From Dicyema japonicum (lineage: Eukaryota > Animalia > Dicyemida), in NCBI GenBank assembly GCA_011109175.1, contig RDEW01000047.1:144324-208323 (forward strand): a stretch of 64,000 nucleotides of DNA, in the 5' to 3' direction. The notes under the pieces were generated by a model. It was not told the origin of the DNA. It was given only the letters and a program-made list of their open reading frames with translations, and did no database searches. Positions within the stretch are counted from its first letter, which is position 1. Each line of letters begins with the position of its first letter. The position numbers and the translations under genes are program-made. Of the stretch, positions 10,999 through 22,620 are shown one piece after another.

Positions 10999-12116
10999 GC
11001 AACTCTGAATCGTCTCCATGCCCCATCTGTCTGGATCACACCTCGGGCTTTCACTACGGAATAAAGACCTGTGAAAGTTGCAAAGGTTTCCTGTGAGCTT
11101 TACTTTAGGTTTCTTTAAGAGGACTGTTCAGAAAAGTAGGAATTATATTTGCCATTCCGACAAACCATGTGAAATTAACATTAAAACGAGAAAAAACTGT
11201 GCATACTGTCGTTTCCAAAAATGTCTCAAGTTTGGAATGCTAAAAACCCGTATATATCCATAATATTGGTAGTTGTAAGACATGACCGACAGAGAGGAGG
11301 TCGAAATGACTTCTTTTCTTATTATAAGGAGAAAAGAACTCAGTTTCAAGAACAACAATGCCAGTTTCAGCAACGACTCAAGTTATCCTCAGAAACTGCC
11401 CCGGATTTGTTTTTGATCCAAGAATTGCTGTTTCGAATGACCGATGTCATAAATTATGAAATCAGTTATCTGGAACAGTTCTGTGTGTACCCCGACGTAT
11501 TTTTAAATTAAAATTCAGAAATATTTCATGATCTTTTATCTCCCAATATTCACCCTCTTCGATCTCATGCACAATTTTCACTCCTGCCACGACCTTTCGT
11601 TCATTGCCGTATTTTTTGAGTTTTAGCTGTTTAGTTCGTCAAAAGCATCTATAAAAGTGGAATTTACAATATTGGAATTGATCCCTTCGTTTTCGACTTC
11701 TTCAAACGGAACATGAATAATTCTGTCTGGAATCAAGACCATGACTATATTAGGAAATTGAAATTTAGCATTCTTCAGATTTTGAGTATTTTATAGAAGT
11801 AATCTTAGACGCACAAACCCGGGAAAATTATTTTCTGGATCCTCGCCGTTCTCTCGTCATCGATGACTTTCAGCAGTACGGCTTGGTCTATTTCATCAAC
11901 GATTTAATCCGCTGTGGGAATGCCATCCAAATCTGGATCAAGTCCTACATGCACATTATGCCAGAGTCATCTATAATATTTTTTGCTAACTTTTTGAAAT
12001 CACTTAACCATACGATAGAATCGACAATTATTTGGAGTGCCATAAGAGCTACAATCTTAAGTAAACACGATTTGCCCCCTAAATATGCTACGGATATCCT
12101 AGACTCACCTAGATAA
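10999..12116 (+). CDS. NR5A: Nuclear receptor, NR5A/FTZ-F1 type (C4 zinc-finger DBD plus FTZ-F1 box; divergent C-terminus; 5' exons unresolved)
   Basis: [22 protein letters not shown]|[47 protein letters not shown]|[15 protein letters not shown]-box ESCKG and RxDRxRGGRN box are NR5A hallmarks; 23-nt introns at 11086-11108 and 11250-11272. Confidence 0.85.
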
Positions 12117-13779
12117 GATGCCACGTGCTTGATAGGGGATTTGAGTATACATTCTCTGTAGCGGCCATAAAGTCATTTCTCTGTCCAGTTGTAGTATGTT
12201 GCAGTTCGCTACAAGGAATTCCATGCCTTTAGGTCAGTACGAATCGAAAAACTTGAGCAATGAGCAGACAGTCTTTGCTTTACTTCAAGGTCTGGTCACA
12301 TTCAGAAGCCGCGAAACGCAGTGACTCATCTAGTTGACAATACTGCGTTATTATGTCGGCTGGGATCAATGAATTAAAATTAACGATTACTAATTTTTAA
12401 GATCAACAGTTTTTAGAAGCCTCGATTATGTCTTGTAATTTCATTATAACTGGCAAGTTTTCTTAGAAAAATAATCCATGTTCTGCTTGATTTCTGGTGA
12501 TAAATTTAATCTTCCGCAAATAGACCATGCCACTGAAGCAACAAGTATCTGAAGATAATATTCAGGGTTTGTTGTTTTTCTGCTTGAAAGTTACATGTTA
12601 GCCTAGAACGTCAGTTACCCAGAGTAAATTGTGACTGCGAGGTCGATATTTTGGAAAACCCGTATATTCGCAGTGGAATATCCCCCCACCTTTTCGCCAG
12701 GCAATGAATCTTTTAAACAGAAAAGCAGTACATTGAAGGGAATACTGATCGATTTTCTTTCCTTTAAGCTCTTTCGCATCGCGAGCTACAAATTCCGGAT
12801 ACATTGACGTTTTGAGACTCACGACAAAGTGTCTGCTTCTAAAATCCAATACAATGAATCTTATCTCATTTTAAGAAGACAAGATCAAATACCACATTAT
12901 AGTACAGACTATGCTAGTTAATGACTTTTTACCGTGATTATAAAAGTGATAACGGAGTGGGTCGTTTTTAATCAAAACCACAAGACGACATTTTCTTTTG
13001 ACGTGTACGGGCAACAGATCCTTAGAATGAAATCGAACTTTCTGAAGCGAACATATTACAATTTTTAGGAGGTGTGTCTGACACATGAGTGTCTTCTATT
13101 TATGGTCTCCAATCTCTAGCGAATGTAAAGAATTATTATTTTGCAAAACTCAACTAAAGAAAGTTATCTCCTGGTCGCTTCTGCAACACAAACAATCTTT
13201 CATGTTAACTTCCTACACACTCTCTCGAGAAGGCGATTTTCCTGAGTACATCATGGTCGTCTGCAATTTCGAGTTTCTTCTTTACAGTCCCTAAATTTAA
13301 TAAAAGTCACTCCCGGGTTCTGATGTGACCATCACTTGCTTGTCTCTAAGACCTACAACCAACTGTTGAAAGAGTGGAATTCTTCAGTACTTCGATTGTG
13401 CGTGGAGACAAAATTAGGTAGGTTTAAGTACATGGTGATTAAATACTCAGAAAGTTTGTTAATAACTACGACATATAGCACGTGAATAAAATTGGCGATA
13501 TTTTATCTAAGAACTTTGAAGTCATCCAGTAAAATCTCGTCGGCACTGAATTAAGAATTTGAAGATCTGGATCTGTAAATTTTGTGATTTTAGAAAGAAT
13601 CCCTCCTAGACAAATAATTGATTTTTTGAGTATTTAACAGGTTTTAGAAAATTCAATTCAATTGAGCCTCGTAGGGTTATTTTCGATAATCAGTACTCAA
13701 ATATAACCAAAGTATTTCAAAAGTTGGGAACAGAAATATAATGATTTGTTAGTTCATCGATATGTGACTTCAAAGATAA

Positions 13780-15330
13780 TTTATTGTTTTTCTGAGATTA
13801 GAAATAATCAGGCTAACTATGCAGTTCCACTTTCCTGGTCGTGTGGAACCTCTCTCAAGTCGTCCATATGTTCTCCATGTCTTATTTTTCTTTTGACGTA
13901 CTTGAGATCAGCATCAAGTATCCCACAAGGATTTTTCGTTGGCGTCCACAGAACATTCTCAACAAATTACTCCTCTATCGCTATATTAGCGGGGGGTATT
14001 GATTATATGCCAGAAGAGCCTCCATCTCATCAGTTGGCTCATTAAGGAGTATATAGTTCTGACGCATCGATCGAAGCATCACGTCTATTCATATTGTAAA
14101 TACCCTTCCAGTGGAATAGAGAAGATATATATTCTTTTTGAGCCAGGCATCATTCTACCAATATGGTACCTCAGAGTCAGAGTCGGCTTTTTCTTGTAAT
14201 TATCTAACCACCAGAACACAGAAATTACCGATTGTTGAATGCACAGGAAAGAGTAATATATCCACGTCAAGGTGTTTAAGTGCAATTATTCAATTCACTC
14301 TCAATTGAGGCTTTTCTAGTTCATTAAGCTTAAATTACACGCACGAAGAAATTACGATTTGATATAGAGGACAAAGATATCCCCCATATCTTTTGGGAAA
14401 CAGGAAACCAGTATCATCTCATTTTTTCGAAAATCATACATTGTGACAAATCTCTTGAAACAGCACAAAAAACCTTTGGAAAACCCATCGTTCGATGTAG
14501 AATGTGCACTAAGACTGTACACCCAGTACATCGATCCAACCATCAAATATGGCTGGAAAGTTTGGGGAACAAGACTAGGTCTATTCTAAGATAGATTTGG
14601 TCGACACAGGGAGACATTCTTCATTGGGTTTTTTCCTTGGATTAATTAGGTGTGACTGTTTGTTCTGATCATACAAAAGATTGTAAGCTTGGGGTTAATT
14701 GTGATTGGAAACCTCAACTCCAACAACAGAGGATCCGGGAGAACGAAACAAGATAGACGCTTACTGAAGACGCTATCAACCAGCATGAATTTTACGTGCT
14801 GGCGTCTAAGGAAATCGACCGCTTATCATTTTATGGAGGAGATAAAATCAGAGTAGTTTTGTCTCCCCCTTTTTGTGGAGTACATGGAGCTCCAAACGAT
14901 ATTACGAGAGATGGAAAGTGATCAAAAAAAGAGCTCCTGCATTGTTCATGGGCTACACTGTCGATTCGGTACTGGAACCACTACAGAATGATAATGTCAT
15001 GTATAAATAGGTTGAATATGTTCTGGTGAGAAGGAAGAACCTTGAAGGATTCTAATGGAAAGAAGCAGTGTCTTTGAATATATGGCGTTGGCCTTACCTT
15101 GGCAGTCAGAAAGTCGACCAGGTTGCTCTTTATATTCTGGTAGATGTTCATGTCTAAAATGGGCTTTGAAGTATCTTCCTTGATATGGAGTGAACGACTT
15201 ACATCTACTGATACCAGGACAGATAAATAGAATCCTTAAACAAAAAAATTGTTAAGAGAACCAAGATGAGTAAAAGCTGAATGATTGGGACTTATTGTTT
15301 AAATCCTCTGGGGACGAAGTTAATCTAACT
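13780..15330 (-). CDS. Orphan multi-exon gene, product unknown
   Basis: Clean micro-introns gtaagtcgttcactccatatcaag (24 nt) and gtaaggccaacgccatatattcaaag (26 nt) join open exons (EDTSKPILDMNIYQNIKSNLVDFLTAK...; WFQYRIDSVAHEQ...; ENVLWTPTKNPCGILDADLKY...*). Confidence 0.4.
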
Positions 15331-16079
15331 ACAATATCTTTTTTGTCTACAGGTCTCATTTTTCCGATTTTTGTTCACTATTTTCTGAATCTTCTAAAGA
15401 ATTTTCATTTTCATTAAATGTTTCATTCTCCGTGTATTCAATATTTAAAAAATCTTAACTTTTTTTCGGATCTTAAATGTCCGTTCTTCTAATTTGTACT
15501 AATATCAATTTCCAGATTTTCGTTACTATTACTCTTAAAGATTTTATAATGCCAATGTCCATGGGTTGAAGCAAGCCTGCACTATTTTTTATGAAGAAAC
15601 GATATTTTTATATATTCAAAGTTCGTCGGGACACAATGTGCAGGGAAGTGGTCGATTAATAGAAAACTCGTTATTTTTATTCTTAAGCTGAATATCAAAA
15701 TTAATCACTAATCCATAAATATGCAGTCATCCAAGCACTTTGTGAACTATGGTATGAGACATCTATAGTTATAATTTCGAAAACACCGAAATTATTTTTT
15801 GTTCCTAGAATCATCACTGGTTCAACTTATTTTAAGCAAAGCATAATAGACACACGGGTCATCTAGAATCTTAAAAAATAGTGTCTCTCTTAAGTAAAAG
15901 TTATTTATTGTTTTTTTTATCGATATCACTTTTCGATACAAGTGCGAGTATCTATCAGCTAATTGCTACACGAAATAAAAATCATTTTCTTTATAATTTA
16001 CAATTTGAGTTTTTTATTGAACAACCCAATACCACGGTAAACCAAACTAATTATCAAGTGATCCCGAATGCATTCTAAC

Positions 16080-17140
16080 AGCGGCCTCATCTTTCTGTTA
16101 TTCCGTGCCCGCATGAACGTACAGGACGGCTGCCTGAATTTTCAGGGCCACCTTCCCGTGATCTGGAGTCTAGTCTCATAAGGCTTCCAGAGGCGTAGGT
16201 CCGGTTCGTGATTTTCACAAATCCAACGATCCGTTGCTCTGTAAGCCCTCTTTTGCATTTCCTCAATTTTCCTCATATTTGTCCAAGATATGGAGTGTCC
16301 ACGTCGCGCATGCATATGAGAAACATAGCTCGATGTACTGTTTGTACACGTTCATCAAGACTGGGTGAGTACCACTCTTCCATATTCCCGATAAACTTTT
16401 TCAATACGTCAGTTTCTTCTCGCATTTCAATAGAATGTTTCTACGTGTGGTGTAAACAGAGATCCATATCAATTGTCACACCCAAGATCCTTTGACATCT
16501 GTTGAAAAAGATGCCGACCTTGTTTAACTTCAAGGTGACTGTCTTCCTTCCCAAACTTTTGTCAATGGTAGATAGTGACGTAGACGACTTCTCTGCATTC
16601 ACCACGAGCTGGTTTTCAATTATCCAGGCATTATGCCTGTCCAGGCTAATTTGTAATCTTTCTGTGGCCTTCTGGATGTCCTGATCTCGCGAAGCCAACA
16701 CAATATCATCCGCGTAGGAAAGTAAAACATCATTATCAGATTCTAAAGTCGGTAGTCATTAGAAAGAAGGTTAAACAGACCAGGAGATAACGGAGATCCT
16801 TGAAGGACTCCGTTGGGGAAAGAGACATGAGATTGATTTCAGACCTCCAAGGCAAACACATCATCTTCCACTTAGGATGTTGGTCATCCAAAACTTTAGC
16901 TTCCCTGGGATCTCCGATTGAAATATTTTTCTCGATAGAATCTTCCTCAAGATTGAGTCAAAAGCTTTGTGTATGTCAATCGAGCAGAGCACTGATTTCA
17001 AGTGTCTCAGCTTAGTTGTAAATCCGACTCGAATGAAGTCGTCGATGTTTGTAGGTATGTAGACGTGGATCTCTTCATTTTTAAATCCATGTCATTAAAG
17101 TAGGGAGAGTATAGCCTTTACGAGAGTATTGGAAGACATG
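16080..17140 (-). mobile_element. Degenerate I/Ingi/jockey-like LINE RT fragment
   Basis: Broken frames read QGSPLSPGLFN, SYADDI, RLQISLD...W...NQLVVNAEKS, ILGVTIDMDL and GHTPYLGQI. Confidence 0.7.
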
Positions 17141-17276
17141 TGCTAATAAATTTTTTATTTGTTTTAAATTTATGTTAAAATTAAATCAAAAATTGGGTCA
17201 ATTTAAAAAAATAGAAAACAATTATTTTATATTCCGTGTCGAAGATGATGTACATTTTGAGATGTTCACTATGTTT

Positions 17277-17350
17277 TTAACACCGGAATGCACTATTCCC
17301 TCTCAGAATTGCGAGCGAAATTCGCTCACATCTGGGGACCCTCCTTGACG
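17277..17350 (-). mobile_element. CRE-like 3' terminal fragment
   Basis: Reads ERISLAILRGNSAF*; homologous to 8030-8065. Confidence 0.6.
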
Positions 17351-17810
17351 AAAACAGCTTGAGGATCGGGGTGGCACTGCGCCTAGGATTGGACATATGC
17401 CAGAGACATAAATGTCGTTGCGGCGGGGACGTTGATACGAAAGGATTATATCCACTCTCGGATGGAATGACGTTATTCCCATACTCCCACGGAAAATCAC
17501 TCGTCTGGGACGCAACGTGTGTGGACACCTTTTCAGGAGCCAGATTGCTGACGGCGACGCACTCTCCTGGACCAGGCGGCGGTCAAGAAGATCCATAAGT
17601 ACGAATCCTTCGGAGACCATTACCATTTCGCCCCATTTCTGTGGAGACAACTGGAACTGTAGGCGCGAAGACGGAGGCCTTTCTCCACAGCATAGGAAGC
17701 AAACTCGCCTCAAAAAGGTGCGAACCACGGGAGGGACTCTGGTTGTGGAGAGGCTCGAAATGGCGATTATCAGAGGTAACGCCTTCGCTATTCTGTCGTC
17801 CTAATTTTCA
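17341..17810 (+). mobile_element. CRE-like retrotransposon, internally deleted zinc-knuckle/REL region
   Basis: LRIGVALRLGLDICQRHKCRCGG...DGMTLFPYSHGKSLVWDATCVDTF...RLEMAIIRGNAFAIL. Confidence 0.75.
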
Positions 17811-17954
17811 TTATTTAAAAAATTGGCTAATTACTAAGGAGAATGTGATTTTTTTAGAAAAATTTTCAAAAAGTGGCCAATTTAAATATTAACAATTTTG
17901 CGACTGTATTTAATTTGCATCGAATATAGCTTTTATTTTGGTCAAAACATAAGT

Positions 17955-19452
17955 TAGTTAAGTTAGTTGCCGCCCTCAATGCGTGGCTGTTCGCTTCAGA
18001 ATTGGGAGCGAAATTCGCTTAAATAGCCAGCGTCGTTCACGGGATTTATTTATTTTATTTATTTAGCCCCAAAACCACCAGGAAAAAATAGGTCAAAACT
18101 AACTAATTAGGTGATCTTAGCCTCCAACAACATCGGAACTTTCTTCATTTGGTCTTCTGATGATCCAACTGCACTCCGGAAGCGTCTTCTTTTCCTTCTG
18201 CAAAGGAATTCGATCGGCGTGCACTTTTTTATTACCGAAAGAAATTCCTCTGCACGGGCCACCTTTCCTTGAATGGGTTTCTCAGTTCCTTGCAGAAATG
18301 TAGAAAACGGAAATCTCCAGTGCATGAGGTGATCCGGTTTCCAAGACGTCCGAAAAACTCGAGTGTAGAGGGGAGTAGGATCGGAAGTCTCCGTAGCAAG
18401 GGGAACAAATTTGACATTATCGGGAAGGTCGACGTATTTTTCGAGTTTGGCCTTCTCCCCTTGACGGCTGCAGAGCAGGCCCTTGAAGCGCACTCGTGAA
18501 GATTGTTTGGGGGCAAACAAGTGGTTTCCCGCCCTCAAAGAGAAATATGGTCATCCCGTCAGGTCATTTTCCATCACTTCTGCATAACCCGACCGGTTCA
18601 AGAATGGCCGAGTATCCAGCAGCATCCATAGCCCGCTTGACAATCTCATTCAGAGCCTTGTGCTTGGAGATCTGCCAGCGCTCCTCTTGCAGGCGAAAGA
18701 GTGCAGGCCATAGCAGTCTATCAGGATGCCACATGAACACGGGTGAGGTACACATGATTTTAGTCCCAGCCGCAGGGAGATACCACTTCTAACGCATTCA
18801 TCATCCAAAAAGGTGCCCAGAACTCCATTGGGGATGGCGTTTAGCCACGCTCCGCTCTAAGGGGAAGCCCTCGAAAGCAAACAAGCGCGTCGGTGCTGAT
18901 TGGCTGATTCCAGTAGGAGTCCAAGTGATTTCCAACATAATAAATTGTCCAGGTTTGCTGGCAGTCTTGTGAAGGACGGCAGGGGAAGGTTGGTGGCACT
19001 CCATGCTTCTCGTGCGTGGATTATGTCTTGGTCAATTGAAAATTCGGGTAGGGAGTGTAGAATCCTTATGACCATAGGTTCGCAGGCCGTGAGTGAAGAC
19101 AGATGTGCAGGAAGTGAGACGTCCAAAGTACGACGGATTCCAAGACCCCCAAATCTAACTGGGAGTGTAGTTTGATCCATCTTGCATCGTCGAATTGACA
19201 TTAAATAATTTGCTCCGTCGAGCTGAGGAAAGACAAATCAAAATGCTCAAGCTGCTCCAGATGGGAATAGTACGGGGCTGTCCTGAGTAAATAGGCGATT
19301 CTCTGAATGTTAAGACTTCTTTTCATGAGGAATAGTGCTGGGTGTGAGTCAAGAAGCTGTAATCTGTCCAGCGATTTGCATAGGAGTTGTTTTTTGTAAA
19401 GGAGGACATGATTCATCGCATTCCTAGTGATCGAGGATCCAAGAAAAATCAA
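17955..19452 (-). mobile_element. CRE-like REL retrotransposon, 5'-truncated, interrupted at 18044-18307
   Basis: [67 protein letters not shown]. C-terminal RT, CCHC and PD-(D/E)xK-type endonuclease region with frameshifts. Confidence 0.8.
18044..18307 (-). mobile_element. Short 5'-truncated retroposon (LINE 3' end) nested in the CRE element
   Basis: Splits ggagatttccg|cgtgaacg, which is contiguous in the 7990-8150 copy; (TAAA)n tail; second copy at 43087-43345. Confidence 0.75.
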
Positions 19453-19499
19453 TTCTTAAGATTAGCTTAGCAATTATTTAATTGCTAATCTCCTTTTAA

Positions 19500-19920
19500 C
19501 CTATTCCAGGGTGCCTCTGGAGACTATTCTTCTGCTGAGAAGGCCGAGAGCTTAAAGTTCACGGTCCTACCCAATGATTTTTTTGTTTGTTCCGATTGCT
19601 GTTAGACGTCTGGCACTTTTTTAGCGCCTGCGACGCTGGAATTTTTGAGCCGTCTAGGGAATCGGATTTCTACACGATCAGGAGACTCCTGTGAGCGCTG
19701 CTGGTTATTTGTATTAAGCGAATCTCGCTCGCCATCCTGAGAGAAATAACCACGCAGTCGGGCGGCCGCTATATGACCATTTTCTCACTTTTTTTCGTTA
19801 ATTAATAGGATAGGCGAGCTTTGGACGCCGCCGGACACACCTCCATGCTCGAATCAGTCGGTCTTTGCAGGCGGGACGGGAAACGACCAGATAGGATGAC
19901 AATCTTCCAGTTTGAAGCCT
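19500..19920 (+). mobile_element. Two further CRE-like fragments
   Basis: KRISLAILRE at about 19715-19745; RALDAAGHTSMLESVGLCRRDGKRPDRMTIF at about 19815-19910. Confidence 0.65.
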
Positions 19921-20098
19921 CTTGTCTGGGAGTTAATAAAAATCGATTTATTTAATAACCCATAATATACTAGGAAAAGGTTTAAATAACCATTCAGAGG
20001 AGTTCCCTTGGACGACAGTCCTTCAAGTCCAAGATGTGAAGACTAGTGAGGAAGTCGGGATCACCTGAATTTTTTATTTTTGCTATGACGGTGGTTTT

Positions 20099-20450
20099 AA
20101 TAATAATAATAAAAGTCTTTTCACAAGAGCCATAATGTTTATAGCTCCGCATAGGCAGGACACACACTTTTATTTAAATAAAAAACAGTTAATTTTAACT
20201 AATCGTAGAACCAAGGAATGATATTCACTTTTTTTATCTTTTTCTTGTGTGTGGGTCCTTTCTAGACAANTTGTGTGTGGGTCCTTTCTAGACAATCCAG
20301 TTCCGCAGTAAGTATCCAATGATGACGGCGTCACTCGTCAAACCCTTTAGCATCGTAAATTCGTGGAACCTTCCACCAGGTGAACAGCAGCGAGAATCGA
20401 GCCCCTAACCTAAGTCAGTTTAGCCCGACACCTAACCACTATGCCACCCG
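20099..20450 (-). mobile_element. tRNA-derived SINE, full length, RTE-like tail
   Basis: Minus-strand head ggtggcatagtggttaggtgtcgggct...gctcgattctcgctgctgttcacc; 12-bp TSD gacggtggtttt (20087-20098, 20451-20462); (TTA)n tail. Confidence 0.9.
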
Positions 20451-20614
20451 GACGGTGGTTTTCTGGTTCAATAAATTCTAATTTAATTTAATGGGAGTAT
20501 GAATACATAACTCAAATATTATTATTTATTAATTGGTTTTGTTAAAATAATTTAAATGTAAATTTAATAATTTAAGGATAATATAAACTACGTGTCAATA
20601 ATTTTCATTTACTA

Positions 20615-22186
20615 ATGATTTCTATATTTGATGTCGCAAATATTTGCTTTTTGATATTCCTGTACACACTCCAAGGCATTCCTCTTGGTTTGCCATGATA
20701 AAATTCTCATTGTTAAGGGATATGTGGAGTTATTCCTCTTTATTTACAGAGTGCGGGATCCTCTTTCTCAGATCAGTCATACTTCAGTCTTGTAATGTGG
20801 CCATTCAGTCTCAAGATTTTATGGGCTCCCCTCGTGGACGCGATCTTCGTCGCCAAGTGAGGTCCAGTTTGTATTCTTAGGATTGGGAGACGTAAGAGTT
20901 GGCTGGTCCCCACTCAGTATTTGCTTGGAGTCATCTTTATCATTTTATCACGAAACATCACAAGTCTCATCGGTTATCGAATTTCCCTCATTCCAAGCCA
21001 ACAACGATCTTCAGAAACTCACATTGGCCTTCTCCTTCGCATCAATTCTGGCAGCTACACAGGACGTGGCCGTGGACGGCTGGGCAATCTCAATTTTACC
21101 AAAGTATAACCTTCATGAGATTAAGTCATTTATTGGACTGGGCCTCCACGTGCAATGTTGTGGGACAAATGCTGGGAATCTTTATTTCTAAAGAGATTTT
21201 TATGACGCTTGAGTCTGCAGAATTTTCCAACAAATACCTTCGATCGGTCCCCAGGATTACGGAATTATGACCTTTCGTGGTATTTCTTGGAATTATTTAG
21301 CATTTTTAATTTTCTGGGGATTTATTTTTATTGGATCAACCTCTTTAATTCTAATGTTTAAAAGAGAGTACGAGGATTTGGAGAGATCTCTCCATATCGG
21401 GTGTACAAAGGCCTTTTCCAGGTCATCAAGAAGCCCAGAATGCTCTGTTACATGTTGAACCAGCTTATTGCGAAGGTTTGTAACCTTTATCACCATTAGG
21501 TCGGTTTTGCACCTATAGAGGCCATATTTGGCTTGAAACTGATAAGCAAAGGTGTTAGCAGATACACCCTCGTGCAGATAAGTGCTCCTCTGACTCTGAT
21601 TCAGGTCATCTTGCCCTTCATCATCGAACGTCTTGGCTTGAATGACAGACCACTTACTAGTTATGTGGAGCAATACAAGCTGAGGTTACATTTGTCTCAT
21701 TATTGGTCAGATTGATGATCAGGATTCCACAGCTATTACTATTTTTCTGGATCAGCATATCCTCGGAGATCACATCGGGAGTTCTGGTGGGTGTCTTTCT
21801 CATTTCCCTTTGCACTGAGGTACATGATTTTGCAACGTAGATCATTGGAACATCAATGACCGTGGCCACGATGGTCTTTCACACGACAATTAGTGATCCA
21901 ATTATCGGTGGATCGTACATGACCTTACTGAACACCGTTTCTAATATGGGGTACGCACTGCCTGCTACTCTGTTTCTCAAGTTTGCAGAGTATTTTGACG
22001 TACAGATTTTGATTGCACGGAATAAAGTTGAAATTCTCCTTATTCTAGTACCTAAGAATAGACGGATTGTACACAATGTCCCTCCTCTGCACAATTTGCG
22101 GAATTTGGTGGCTGAAAAGGAACTCTAACAAATTTGTGAGCCTAGAAAATATTGAAAAAGACTGCTGGAGAGTCAAATCACTATGA
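20615..22186 (+). CDS. SLC33A1: Acetyl-CoA transporter 1 (MFS)
   Basis: Spliced motifs FLYTLQGIPL|GICGVIP, WPFSLKILWAPLVD, GRRKSWLVPTQYLLG, LAATQDVAVDGWAI, WASTCNVVGQ, DPIIGGSYMTLLNTVSNMG, and IDGLY...WWL...W at the C-terminus; micro-introns throughout. Confidence 0.95.
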
Positions 22187-22620
22187 AACTGTGATTAATG
22201 TTTGTTTATTAATATTCTATGTTTGAGAGACATTATTCAATGATAGCTAATTAGTAGTACTTAACTCACACATGATTGTGCTGTAATCAATATTATAATT
22301 AAGCGTACAATTTTGATTGAATTACTAGAAACCACAGAAATTAACATGTCAGAGAAATTAAAGGAACTTGTCTAGTACTCAGCCTCGGGGCTTTTCCCCA
22401 TAGATCACATTAATTCAGCTTTGTAAATTGTGGAGCAAAGTGTGTCGGCTTATTTTTGGAGAAATTTGATTTAAAAATATATTTAAGGAAAATAATAATT
22501 AAAGTTAATAATTCAAACATTAAAAATTAATTTTATTTAATTAAAAGTTATATTTAATTTAAATTTTAGGTTGAATTAACCTAATCTGAAATAGCTGGCT
22601 TATTTTATTGGCGAAATTTA

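Noticed and set aside
12300-13300. Possible gene or transposase on the minus strand
   Set aside because: Short open stretches only; no consistent splice model or motif could be supported.
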